The translations under genes were made by a program, and so were the position numbers. This document shows positions 1 through 8,575 of a DNA stretch of 64,000 bases, piece after piece. Position 1 is the stretch's first letter. Every line of letters begins with the position of its first letter. Below the pieces are notes generated by a model. That model ran no database searches, was not told the origin of the DNA, and saw only the letters and a list, made by a program, of their open reading frames with translations. The stretch comes from an uncultured Gammaproteobacteria bacterium (GTDB lineage: Bacteria > Patescibacteriota > Patescibacteriia > UBA9934): assembly GCA_964344145.1 (NCBI GenBank), contig CAYFME010000001.1, positions 16,896 to 80,895 of the forward strand, given 5' to 3'.

Positions 1-1
1 T

Positions 2-559
2 ATCGGTCCGCACTTCCTTCGCGCCGGTCTTGGCTATGGGGGTTCCTGTTTTCCAAAGGATGTCCGCGCACTGCATCAGACCGCTGGAACAAACGGCTAC
101 GTCTTCCAACTGCTGCGAAGTGTGATTGACGTGAATCACAACCAACGCTGGCACTTCTTCCAGCGAATGCGTCAAGCGCTCAATGGCTTTAAAGGAAAGC
201 GCGTGGGTGTGTGGGGTCTATCTTTCAAGCCAAATACCGATGACATTCGCGAGTCCGTCGCACTGGACTTGATTGAACAGTTGCTTGAGGAGGGTGCGCA
301 GGTGCGAGCGTATGATCCGCAGGCGATGGAGCATGTGCGCCGTGACCATCCTCACATTACTTGTACTGATTCTGCACAGGCCGCTGCCCAAGATGTTGAT
401 GCGTTGCTGATTGTGACGGAGTGGAATCACTTTAAAGATGTTGATTTGTCTGATGTGCGCAGGGCTATGCGCGGTAACATGATCTTTGACGGTCGCAACA
501 TGTTTGATCCGGCAAAAATGAAAGAGCTCGACTTTGATTATTATTGCATTGGTAAATAG
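2..559 (+). CDS. ugd: UDP-glucose 6-dehydrogenase, 3' portion (5' end lies outside window)
   Basis: Frame-2 translation from base 2 is open and reads IGPHFLRAGLGYGGSCFPKDV. This is the catalytic-Cys GGSCFPKD motif of UDP-glucose/GDP-mannose dehydrogenases. It continues into the C-terminal domain KRVGVWGLSFKPNTDDIRES of the listed 122..559 ORF. Confidence 0.85.
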   Translation: MGPHFLRAGLGYGGSCFPKDVRALHQTAGTNGYVFQLLRSVIDVNHNQRWHFFQRMRQALNGFKGKRVGVWGLSFKPNTDDIRESVALDLIEQLLEEGAQVRAYDPQAMEHVRRDHPHITCTDSAQAAAQDVDALLIVTEWNHFKDVDLSDVRRAMRGNMIFDGRNMFDPAKMKELDFDYYCIGK

Positions 560-561
560 CT

Positions 562-1512
562 ATGAAGATCCTTGTCACCGGCGCTGCCGGATTTATCGGG
601 TTCCATGTTTCCAAAGCCTTGCTCGCACGTGGCGATGAGGTTGTTGGTTTTGATAACGTAAATGACTACTACGATCCTGCACTTAAGGAAGAACGTATTA
701 AGAAGCTATCTGAGCACGATGGTTTTCAGTTTATTCGTGCGGATCTTGCTGACCTGCCTGCGGTTCATCAGATGTTCCAGGATCATAAGATCGACAAGAT
801 TTGTCACCTCGCTGCGCAAGCCGGCGTGCGTTACAGCCTTACACATCCGCATGTGTACATTCAGTCCAATCTTGTCGGCTTTACCAATCTGATTGACGAG
901 GCCAAGAACGCGGGCGTGAAAGACTTTATTTATGCTTCTTCAAGCTCCGTGTACGGCAAGAACAAGAAAGTACCGTTTAGTGTCGAAGACAATGTCGATC
1001 ATCCGATCTCGCTCTATGCGGCGAGTAAAAAGTCCAACGAGTTGATCGCGCATGTCTATCATCATCTCTTTGGCATGAACTGCACAGGTCTTCGCTTCTT
1101 TACGGTCTACGGCCCCTATGGCCGACCGGACATGGCGCTGTTTATTTTCACCAAGGCGATTCTTGAAGGGAAGCCGATCAACGTGTTTAACTATGGGAAG
1201 ATGAAGCGTGACTTCACGTACATTGATGACATTGTTGATGGCGTGATCGCGTCGCTTGATAAGGCGTATCCGTATGAGGTGTTTAACCTCGGAAACAACA
1301 ACACGGTGGAACTTGAGTACTTTATCTCGCGCATTGAGGAAGAGCTTGGTCAAAAAGCGCAGCGCAATGATCTACCGATGCAACCGGGAGATGTAGCCGA
1401 GACCTTTGCTGACATTGACGCCTCACGCGAGAAGCTCGGTTTCGATCCGAAGGTGAGAATTGAAGAAGGAATCAAACGATTTGTTTCATGGTATCGTGAG
1501 TTTTATGGATAG
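562..1512 (+). CDS. NAD-dependent epimerase/dehydratase, probably UDP-glucuronate 4-epimerase
   Basis: N-terminal TGAAGFIG Rossmann motif and SDR YAASK (YxxxK) catalytic motif. The start lies 3 nt after the ugd stop. Placement after a UDP-glucose dehydrogenase is typical for GlcA-to-GalA epimerases. Confidence 0.7.
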   Translation: MKILVTGAAGFIGFHVSKALLARGDEVVGFDNVNDYYDPALKEERIKKLSEHDGFQFIRADLADLPAVHQMFQDHKIDKICHLAAQAGVRYSLTHPHVYIQSNLVGFTNLIDEAKNAGVKDFIYASSSSVYGKNKKVPFSVEDNVDHPISLYAASKKSNELIAHVYHHLFGMNCTGLRFFTVYGPYGRPDMALFIFTKAILEGKPINVFNYGKMKRDFTYIDDIVDGVIASLDKAYPYEVFNLGNNNTVELEYFISRIEEELGQKAQRNDLPMQPGDVAETFADIDASREKLGFDPKVRIEEGIKRFVSWYREFYG

Positions 1513-1513
1513 T

Positions 1514-2848
1514 ATGCAGCCCACAGCGGATCCAGCTATGGAGGTCCCAACGGTTGCGGTGACCGCCAATCCAACCATTTGTATTGTTGGCCTAGGGTAC
1601 GTTGGCATGCCGTTGGCCTATCATTTTGCCAAGCATGGGCTTTCAGTATTCGGGTTTGATATCTCTGCACAGAAAGTTGAACAGCTCAAGGGTGGGTATG
1701 ATCCGAGTCATGAGGTGACCGCCGATCAGCTCGCTTCCGTTGATATCACCTATAGCGTTGACCCGACCGTCATCAGCGGGGCGAACTTTGTGATCGTAGC
1801 TGTGCCAACGCCGATTGATAGCAACAATCAACCAAACCTTGTGCCGGTAGAAGCGGCCAGCAAAACCGTGGGGGAGAACTTGCGTCCAGGCAGTATTGTT
1901 GTGTTTGAGTCGACCGTGTATCCTGGCGTGACCCAGGAGGTTTGTTTGCCTATTCTGGAGAGGACTTCAGGCTTGAAAGGAGGGAAAGACTTTTTTGTCG
2001 GCTATGCCCCTGAGCGTGTGAATCCGGGCGATGAGGAGCATACGATGGATAAAATCGTGAAGGTCGTTTCTGGTCAGACGCCGGAGATATGCGACGTGAT
2101 TGCGGATGTCTACTCCGTGGTGTGCAAGGCAGGCGTGCACAAAGCATCGAGCATTCAGGTAGCAGAGGCGGCGAAGGTTATTGAAAACATCCAACGAGAT
2201 TTGAATATCGCCCTGTTTAATGAGCTGTCACTGATCTTCAACCGTCTTGGGATCGACACACATGATGTCATCGAAGCTGCTGGCACCAAGTGGAACTTTC
2301 ACAAGTATCATCCAGGTCTTGTGGGTGGTCACTGCATTGGAGTTGATCCCTATTATTTGGTCCACAAGGCGCTGCAAGTTGGTCATGAACCAAGAATTAT
2401 CACCGCCGGGCGCGCGATCAACAACGCCATGCCGCATCATGTTGCAAACGAGGTTATCAAGATGATGATTCAGGCACACAAGAAAGTGAAGGGTGCGCGC
2501 GTGCTGATTATGGGATTGACGTTCAAAGAGGATGTCAACGACGTGCGAAATTCAAAAGTGGCGGACATCATCAAGACGCTGCATGAGTATGAGGTGGAGG
2601 TGTACGGGCACGAGCCGCACGTAGACGATGAGGTGATCCGTTCTACTTTTGGGATACACACTAGTGCCTTACCTCCTGTTGAGCCGGTGGACGCCGTGAT
2701 TCTTTGCAATCGTCACAAGTGTTTTGCCGACGTGACGTATGAGCAAGTTCGTGGATTTATGCGTGACGTGCCCGTGTTGTTTGATGTGAAAGGGGCATTT
2801 CGAGACGCGGTTTTAAGGGATGAAACGGTTGTGTACAAAAGTTTATGA
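1514..2848 (+). CDS. nucleotide-sugar 6-dehydrogenase (UDP-N-acetylhexosamine dehydrogenase family, WbpA/TviB/WecC-like)
   Basis: ICIVGLGYVGMPLA NAD-binding motif, VGGHCIGVDPYY catalytic-Cys region, C-terminal UDP-binding domain. ATG at 1514 is in frame with the listed 1460 ORF and lies immediately after the upstream stop (1510-1512). Confidence 0.75.
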   Translation: MQPTADPAMEVPTVAVTANPTICIVGLGYVGMPLAYHFAKHGLSVFGFDISAQKVEQLKGGYDPSHEVTADQLASVDITYSVDPTVISGANFVIVAVPTPIDSNNQPNLVPVEAASKTVGENLRPGSIVVFESTVYPGVTQEVCLPILERTSGLKGGKDFFVGYAPERVNPGDEEHTMDKIVKVVSGQTPEICDVIADVYSVVCKAGVHKASSIQVAEAAKVIENIQRDLNIALFNELSLIFNRLGIDTHDVIEAAGTKWNFHKYHPGLVGGHCIGVDPYYLVHKALQVGHEPRIITAGRAINNAMPHHVANEVIKMMIQAHKKVKGARVLIMGLTFKEDVNDVRNSKVADIIKTLHEYEVEVYGHEPHVDDEVIRSTFGIHTSALPPVEPVDAVILCNRHKCFADVTYEQVRGFMRDVPVLFDVKGAFRDAVLRDETVVYKSL

Positions 2849-2854
2849 TGTCCG

Positions 2855-2883
2855 TTGACACGTTCGCGTTAACGGATTAAAAA
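2855..2883 (+). promoter_or_regulatory. candidate sigma70-type promoter inside an imperfect palindrome
   Basis: TTGACA (2855-2860), 17-nt spacer, TAAAAA (2878-2883). It overlaps the imperfect palindrome CCGTTGACACG...CGCGTTAACGG in the only sizeable intergenic gap of the 5' operon. Confidence 0.35.
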
Positions 2884-2911
2884 GAGACAGAATTTACGCT
2901 TATCTGATTCT

Positions 2912-4861
2912 ATGAAGTTTACGATTGGTTTTGATCAGGAGGATCGCGAAAAGGTGCATAAGATGTGGGATGAAGTATTTGAAAGTGGGCAATGGAGTGA
3001 AGGGAAGTTTACAGAGCAGTTTGAGCAAACGTGGGGGGCGTACCATGGCATTGACGCGGTGGCCTTCTCCAGCTGGTCGGGTGCCGCGACAGCAACGCTT
3101 GATTTTTTCAATTTGCGAGGCAAGACCGTGTTGATGCCTGCAAATACGTTCATGGCAACACCACTTAGCGTGCTGCACATGGGCGGAAGAGTGGAATTCG
3201 TCGACTGCAATCGCGATGATTTGTGTATGAGTCTTGATGACTTACGCGTCAAGATTGATCTGTATCAACCGGCAGCCGTATTTTTGGTGCATATTGGTGG
3301 ACATATTGCGTTTCAGGTACGAGAGATTGCCGCGCTGTGTCGTGAGAAGAACATTATCCTTATTGAGGATTGCGCCCATGCGCATGGAGCCCAATGGAAT
3401 GGTCAGCGTGCAGGATCCTGGGGAGACGCAGGTATTTACTCCCTCTATGCCACGAAGTCGATTTCTACGGGCGAAGGAGGCGTGCTCGTGAGCCGCAATA
3501 AGGCGCTCATTGATTACGCAAAACAGTATCGTAACTATGGCAAGCCGGATTTTGCCGTGCGTGGGATCAATGCGCGCATGAGCGAATTCACGGCAGCGCT
3601 GGGCTGTGCGCAAATCGATCGATTGGATGATATTGTGAAATGGAAGCAGGAATATGCGCGGACCGTGCTTGATCCACAGTATCCGAATCGCGTCCACTTC
3701 CCTGCCGGGATGACGTCCGGTTACTATAAATACATTGTGTTTGATCCGATTCCCAAATCAACCGGGAAGGTGTACGACACGCCGTGTCACAGGATCTTAG
3801 GAAAACCATATGCGCTCCCGAATACGGAGTGGGTGGCAGAAAATCATTGGTGTGCGCCGCTGTATTACAAAGGAAATGACACGCAGACATCCTCACCATC
3901 TGTCGACGATATCGATCTGACTGGTTACAAAAAGGTGATGATCACGGGTGGTTCGGGATTTATTGGTTCGCATGTTGTTGAACAGCTCGTGAAAAGAGGC
4001 ATCAGGGTGCGCATTTACGATTTGATTGCCCCATCCTATCTTGACGACTTTTCGGAGTCTGAGCGCGCTCTGGTAGAGCATTACCAGGGAAGTCTTCTTG
4101 ATGAAGATCAATTGCGCATGGCCACAACAGGCATGGACGCGATTTTTCATCTGGCCGCCGTTGCCAATGTGAATGATGTTGCCGATGATCCTCTCTACGC
4201 GCAGCGGATTAACACGCAGGGAACATTTAATGTTCTGGAAGCGGCACGAAAGCAAAAGTTTTTGAAGCGCGTCGTTCTTGCGAGCACCGTGTGGGTGTAT
4301 CAAAACACCCCGCAAGGAGACCAGCCACTGGCCGAAGATGCCCCTCTTGCTCATCCTGACCACTTTTATACCGCAACAAAGATGGCCGGAGAGCAAATGT
4401 TCCTCTCCTACGCGAACATGTATGACGTTCCTGTATCGATTTTGCGCTTCGGGATCCCCTATGGAACGCGCGCTCGTCCCGCCGTCGTGAGCGCTATCTT
4501 CGTCGAGAAGGCTCTTAAGGGAGAGCCGCTTACGATCCAGGGCGACGGCAGTCAATATCGAAAGTTCGTGTACGTTGAAGATCTGGCTTTGGGATGTATT
4601 CGTGCGCTGCAGCCAGCAGGAAAGAACAAAATTTATAATCTGGAAGGAGACGTAAAGATTACCATTAAAGAAATCGCCGAAACGGTGCAGGAGCTGATAG
4701 GTAATGTACAGATTGAGTATACCGAGGGACGCAAGGCAGATTTTTCCGGAAAGGAGATTAGTAATGCGCGTGCAAAGGCGGAGATAGGCTGGTATCCGCG
4801 TATATCGTTTCGTGATGGGATGAAGCGGTATATTGACTGGCGAAAAACATTGGATCTGTGA
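2912..4861 (+). CDS. bifunctional fusion: DegT/DnrJ/EryC1-type PLP sugar aminotransferase (N) + NAD-dependent epimerase/dehydratase (C)
   Basis: The N-terminal ~300 aa carry the DegT fold signature with the lysine-containing YATKSISTGEGG segment. From ~residue 330 onward comes VMITGGSGFIGSHV (Rossmann) and YTATK (YxxxK), which is an SDR nucleotide-sugar epimerase/dehydratase domain. Confidence 0.75.
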   Translation: MKFTIGFDQEDREKVHKMWDEVFESGQWSEGKFTEQFEQTWGAYHGIDAVAFSSWSGAATATLDFFNLRGKTVLMPANTFMATPLSVLHMGGRVEFVDCNRDDLCMSLDDLRVKIDLYQPAAVFLVHIGGHIAFQVREIAALCREKNIILIEDCAHAHGAQWNGQRAGSWGDAGIYSLYATKSISTGEGGVLVSRNKALIDYAKQYRNYGKPDFAVRGINARMSEFTAALGCAQIDRLDDIVKWKQEYARTVLDPQYPNRVHFPAGMTSGYYKYIVFDPIPKSTGKVYDTPCHRILGKPYALPNTEWVAENHWCAPLYYKGNDTQTSSPSVDDIDLTGYKKVMITGGSGFIGSHVVEQLVKRGIRVRIYDLIAPSYLDDFSESERALVEHYQGSLLDEDQLRMATTGMDAIFHLAAVANVNDVADDPLYAQRINTQGTFNVLEAARKQKFLKRVVLASTVWVYQNTPQGDQPLAEDAPLAHPDHFYTATKMAGEQMFLSYANMYDVPVSILRFGIPYGTRARPAVVSAIFVEKALKGEPLTIQGDGSQYRKFVYVEDLALGCIRALQPAGKNKIYNLEGDVKITIKEIAETVQELIGNVQIEYTEGRKADFSGKEISNARAKAEIGWYPRISFRDGMKRYIDWRKTLDL

Positions 4862-5538
4862 TGTCAGATGAGCACAAGACGATACTCGTGATAGCACCCC
4901 ATCTTGACGATGAGGTGCTTGGGGTTGGAGGGACCATTGCCCGCGCGGTTGCGCAGGGATGCGACGTCCATGTGGGTTTCATCTGTAGCCGCGCCTATAA
5001 CCACCAGTACAATAGTGAGAATGATGCCAAAGAGGAGCAAGATGCACAGGCAGCGCGCCGGGTGCTTGGATACAAGAGCGCAACTTTTCTTCGATTACGT
5101 GATGAGCGGTTGTATGAGCAATTGATCGATGTGATCATCGGCATTGAGCGTATGGTGGAATCACTCCAGCCCCAAGTTGTCTACATTCCCCATCGGGGAG
5201 ACAACAATCAAGATCATCGCACCGTTTTTGAGGCCTCCATGGTGGCGCTTCGGAGTTTTTCCGCGCCTTGTGTGCGGGAGATCTATAGTTACGAAGTCGG
5301 ATCATCCACTGAGCAGGCGGCTCCCTTTACGGAGCACGCGTTCCTTCCCAACGCGTATGTGAACATTGAATCCGTCCTTGCCAAGAAGCAGCAGGCGTTG
5401 CAGTGCTATGAACGCGAACTGCGTGTGTTTCCCAACCCTCGATCCGTGAAAGGGGTGGACATCTGGGCAGCACGCCGGGGTGCGGAAGCGCATTGTCGGG
5501 CTGCGGAAGCGTTTGAGGTGATTCGCATGATCAAGTAA
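4861..5538 (+). CDS. PIG-L/LmbE-family de-N-acetylase
   Basis: ILVIAPHLDDEVLGVGGTIA, which is the PIG-L zinc-binding HxDDE-type motif. ATG overlaps the upstream TGA (GTGATG). Confidence 0.75.
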   Translation: MSDEHKTILVIAPHLDDEVLGVGGTIARAVAQGCDVHVGFICSRAYNHQYNSENDAKEEQDAQAARRVLGYKSATFLRLRDERLYEQLIDVIIGIERMVESLQPQVVYIPHRGDNNQDHRTVFEASMVALRSFSAPCVREIYSYEVGSSTEQAAPFTEHAFLPNAYVNIESVLAKKQQALQCYERELRVFPNPRSVKGVDIWAARRGAEAHCRAAEAFEVIRMIK

Positions 5539-5542
5539 CGGT

Positions 5543-6361
5543 ATGGAAGAAGGACGCATCGTTTTTATCGGCGCCGAGCGTGTGGGAAAGGCCGTTGCAC
5601 AAGCGCTCCTTGCGCAAGGAGCGCCCATTTGTGCCATTGTGACCGCGCACGAGGATCGTGCGCCACACATTGCAGATTATGTTTCTTTTCGTGATCTGGA
5701 AGAGCAGTATCCGCATGTGGACTTCCATTATGTGCGAGAGTCCAAGAGTGCGCAGGTGCGCGACTGTATTGCAGGCTATGCCCCCGAGTGTATTTTGGTG
5801 GCGAGCTGGTCTAATATCATTGCCCCAGATATTCTCTCGCTGCCTGAAAAAGGCGTCGTTGGCATGCACTACTCGTTGCTGCCCGATCGCCGCGGCGGGG
5901 CTCCGCTCAATTGGGCGATTATCGATGGGATTCCGGCGACCGGCATCACGCTGTACTATCTGGATGATGGAATTGATACAGGAGATATCATCGCGCAGCA
6001 GGATGTTCCTATTGATGCGGAGGATACGGTGAAGGATCTTCTTGATAAAATCATTGAGGCTGCTCCGTCACTTTTTTGCCGCCTTATTGATGATATCCTC
6101 GATGGCACGGCCCCGCGGATACCACAAAACGACGCGCAGGCTACCACAACGTCGCGTCGACGGCCAGCGGATAGCGCCATTGATTGGACGATGGATCTTG
6201 ATGCATTGCATCGATTTATCCGCGCCGTGGCCCCTCCCTATCCTGCGGCGTTTACGACACTCAAAACAAAACGCCTCGTGTTGACGAGCGCGAAGAAAGC
6301 GGGGGAGGGAAACCGTCTTTCCGTTACCGGTTACATTGAAGAGTATGACCACGAAGGATAA
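5543..6361 (+). CDS. sugar N-formyltransferase (Fmt/ArnA-N-like formyl_transf family)
   Basis: SWSNII...HYSLLPDRRGGAPLNWAIIDG, which is the formyltransferase HxSLLPxxRG active-site motif. Size and context fit a nucleotide-sugar N-formyltransferase. Confidence 0.75.
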   Translation: MEEGRIVFIGAERVGKAVAQALLAQGAPICAIVTAHEDRAPHIADYVSFRDLEEQYPHVDFHYVRESKSAQVRDCIAGYAPECILVASWSNIIAPDILSLPEKGVVGMHYSLLPDRRGGAPLNWAIIDGIPATGITLYYLDDGIDTGDIIAQQDVPIDAEDTVKDLLDKIIEAAPSLFCRLIDDILDGTAPRIPQNDAQATTTSRRRPADSAIDWTMDLDALHRFIRAVAPPYPAAFTTLKTKRLVLTSAKKAGEGNRLSVTGYIEEYDHEG

Positions 6362-7064
6362 TCATGCGCTGACCATCGTTGTCTGTTGTTTTAATGGGGA
6401 AGCGCACATCGAGGCGTGCCTCGCGTCACTGGCAAACCAAACAAGGGACGATTTTTCCGTGCTCATCATTGATGATGGATCGAACGATCGCTCAGCTATC
6501 ATTGCAGAGAAATTTGCCCAAACGCGTGCGGGATGGACACTGCGGGCTCATCCGGAAAATGCTGGACTGGTCGCGCGGTGCAATGAAGCGATCGCAACGA
6601 TTGCTACTCCGTTCTTTGCTCGTCTCGATGCAGATGATCTGTTTACTCCATACGCCGTGGAAAAAATGTATGTAGAGATGGCACGCATCGATGATGCGGC
6701 ATTTACGCTCTTTCAGCGATGGGATCTCTGGGAGGATGATACGCGTGCAATGGACGTACACGATGATCTCTATGAATGGATTGCCGCTGGAACGCTCTTT
6801 CGTACGGATGCGGTTCGGGCCGTTGGTGGATACGATAAAGAATTTTGGGAAGAGTATGATTTGTATCTCAAGTTATTGACGCAAGGGATGCGCTATCACG
6901 TTTCTCCCTTTAGTGTATACTACTACCGCCGCGGGCAGGAGAGCATGACGCAAAACCGCGCGGCAACGCTCAAGGGGTTCCGTTGTTTGGAGCAAAAATG
7001 GGGGTCCGCGGTGTTGCAGCAATACGGCAATGCTGATCGGATTCTCTCTTATTATCAACAATAA
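6336..7064 (+). CDS. family 2 glycosyltransferase
   Basis: LTIVVCCFNGEAHIEACLASLANQT...LIIDDGS. This is a GT-A N-terminus with a DxD-type motif region. The start may be the internal ATG at 6345. Confidence 0.75.
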   Translation: MKSMTTKDNHALTIVVCCFNGEAHIEACLASLANQTRDDFSVLIIDDGSNDRSAIIAEKFAQTRAGWTLRAHPENAGLVARCNEAIATIATPFFARLDADDLFTPYAVEKMYVEMARIDDAAFTLFQRWDLWEDDTRAMDVHDDLYEWIAAGTLFRTDAVRAVGGYDKEFWEEYDLYLKLLTQGMRYHVSPFSVYYYRRGQESMTQNRAATLKGFRCLEQKWGSAVLQQYGNADRILSYYQQ

Positions 7065-7067
7065 CGC

Positions 7068-7892
7068 ATGTACGTCCATATGAAACGACCTATCGTGATC
7101 GCAGAGATTGGAGAAAATTTTATCGGGGACCTTGATATCGCCCGTCGATTGATTGAGCAGGCAGCAGCAGCAGGGGCAGATTTTGCCAAATTTCAATCGT
7201 ATCGTCCGGAAACATTTGATAAGAGCGATCCGGAATATGATTGGTTCTGCAAAGTTTCTCTCTCTGATGACGATCATCGCATGCTGGCCGCACACGCGCA
7301 AAAGCACGGGATCGCCTTCATGAGTTCACCCTTTAGCTTAGAGCGCGCCCGTTTTCTCTGTGAGGGGATGGGTTGCAAAGAAATAAAGATCGCCTCTGGG
7401 ATGATGATGAACTTCCCCCTGCTCGATTATGTGAACGAGCATGCCCAGACGGTCTTTCTCTCAACCGGCATGGCAACCATTGAAGAGATTCGCGAAGCGC
7501 TCGCCCATCTTTCAAAGGTTCCGAAGGTGTATATTCTTCATTGTGTCACGCAATATCCATGCGCCGATGCTGACGCAAATCTTTCGGCAATAAACACACT
7601 GCAACGCACGTTTCCTGAGCACGAAATCGGCTATTCTGATCACACAGAGGGTGTTCTGGCACCCGTTATCGCGCATGCCATGGGAGCACGCGTGATTGAA
7701 AAGCACTTTACGTTCGACAAGAATGCAACCGAGGGAACGGATCATATTCTTTCAGCACTACCCGAAGAGCTTGGACAGATGATTACAGATATGCGCCGGG
7801 TAGAGCAGATGTATGGAAGCGGAGAAAAGGCTCCAAGGAAATCAGAGCAAGCCATTATCGATTTCGTGCGCAATCGCTTTTTAGAAGTATGA
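7068..7892 (+). CDS. NeuB-family ulosonic acid synthase, TIM-barrel domain only (no C-terminal SAF domain)
   Basis: IAEIGENFIGDLDIARRLIEQAAAAGADFAKFQSY matches the NeuB/PseI/SpsE N-terminus. At 274 aa it is too short to include the SAF domain. Confidence 0.7.
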   Translation: MYVHMKRPIVIAEIGENFIGDLDIARRLIEQAAAAGADFAKFQSYRPETFDKSDPEYDWFCKVSLSDDDHRMLAAHAQKHGIAFMSSPFSLERARFLCEGMGCKEIKIASGMMMNFPLLDYVNEHAQTVFLSTGMATIEEIREALAHLSKVPKVYILHCVTQYPCADADANLSAINTLQRTFPEHEIGYSDHTEGVLAPVIAHAMGARVIEKHFTFDKNATEGTDHILSALPEELGQMITDMRRVEQMYGSGEKAPRKSEQAIIDFVRNRFLEV

Positions 7893-8575
7893 TTGCCGGC
7901 ATTATTCAAGCTCGCATGGGGTCGACTCGTCTTGCCGGCAAGATGAACATGGAGATGCAGGGCGTTGCTCTTCTGACGTGGGTGCTGCGGCGTGTGAAGC
8001 GTGCAACACGTCTGGACGATGTTGTCTTGGCACTGCCAGATACAGCTGAAAATGATGTGCTGCACGCCATTGGTGATGAGGAAGGGGTGCGCGTTGTGCG
8101 TGGTGACGAGCAGGATGTGCTCGGTCGTTTTTTGAAGGCGGCATCGGTCGTGGGTGCGCAAACCATCGTGCGTATCTGTGCGGATAATCCATTGATCGCT
8201 CCCGAGGAGATTGATCGGCTCGTTCTTTTTTTTCAGAAGCATCCGTGTGACTACGCCTACAATCATATTCCGACAGATGATTACCCGGGACCGGACGGAC
8301 TTGGCGCGGAAATAGTGACCCGCGCCGCCCTCGATGCGAGTGCCGCGAGCACGGATTCCGATGATCATGAACATGTCACGCGCTATGTGAAGAGGCATCC
8401 GGAAACGTTCCGCCTGTTGGCAGCTCCTGCGCCGGCCGCCCTTCAGGGAATTCGTCATATGAAGTTTGATGTGGATACGCAGGCGGATTTCGATGATCTC
8501 ACCGCATTCACCTCTGGACTCACTCCACAAGCGACGCTTGAAGATATTATTGCGCAGGTACACGCAAACGCATGA
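7889..8575 (+). CDS. CTP_transf_3-family cytidylyltransferase (SpsF/PseF-like CMP-sugar synthetase)
   Basis: IIQARMGSTRLAGK glycine-rich NTP-binding motif. It is ATGA-coupled to the upstream NeuB-like gene, a classic SpsE/SpsF-type pairing. Confidence 0.7.
   Translation: MIAGIIQARMGSTRLAGKMNMEMQGVALLTWVLRRVKRATRLDDVVLALPDTAENDVLHAIGDEEGVRVVRGDEQDVLGRFLKAASVVGAQTIVRICADNPLIAPEEIDRLVLFFQKHPCDYAYNHIPTDDYPGPDGLGAEIVTRAALDASAASTDSDDHEHVTRYVKRHPETFRLLAAPAPAALQGIRHMKFDVDTQADFDDLTAFTSGLTPQATLEDIIAQVHANA

Noticed and set aside
3893-4897. 334-aa minus-strand ORF
   Set aside because: It lies wholly antisense to the well-supported DegT-SDR fusion. Its low-complexity translation has no motifs, so it is a shadow ORF of a GC-rich coding region.
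7742-8563. 273-aa minus-strand ORF, and similar antisense ORFs at 30507-31181 and 31394-32146
   Set aside because: Each overlaps a plus-strand gene with strong domain evidence and none shows any recognisable motif or RBS.
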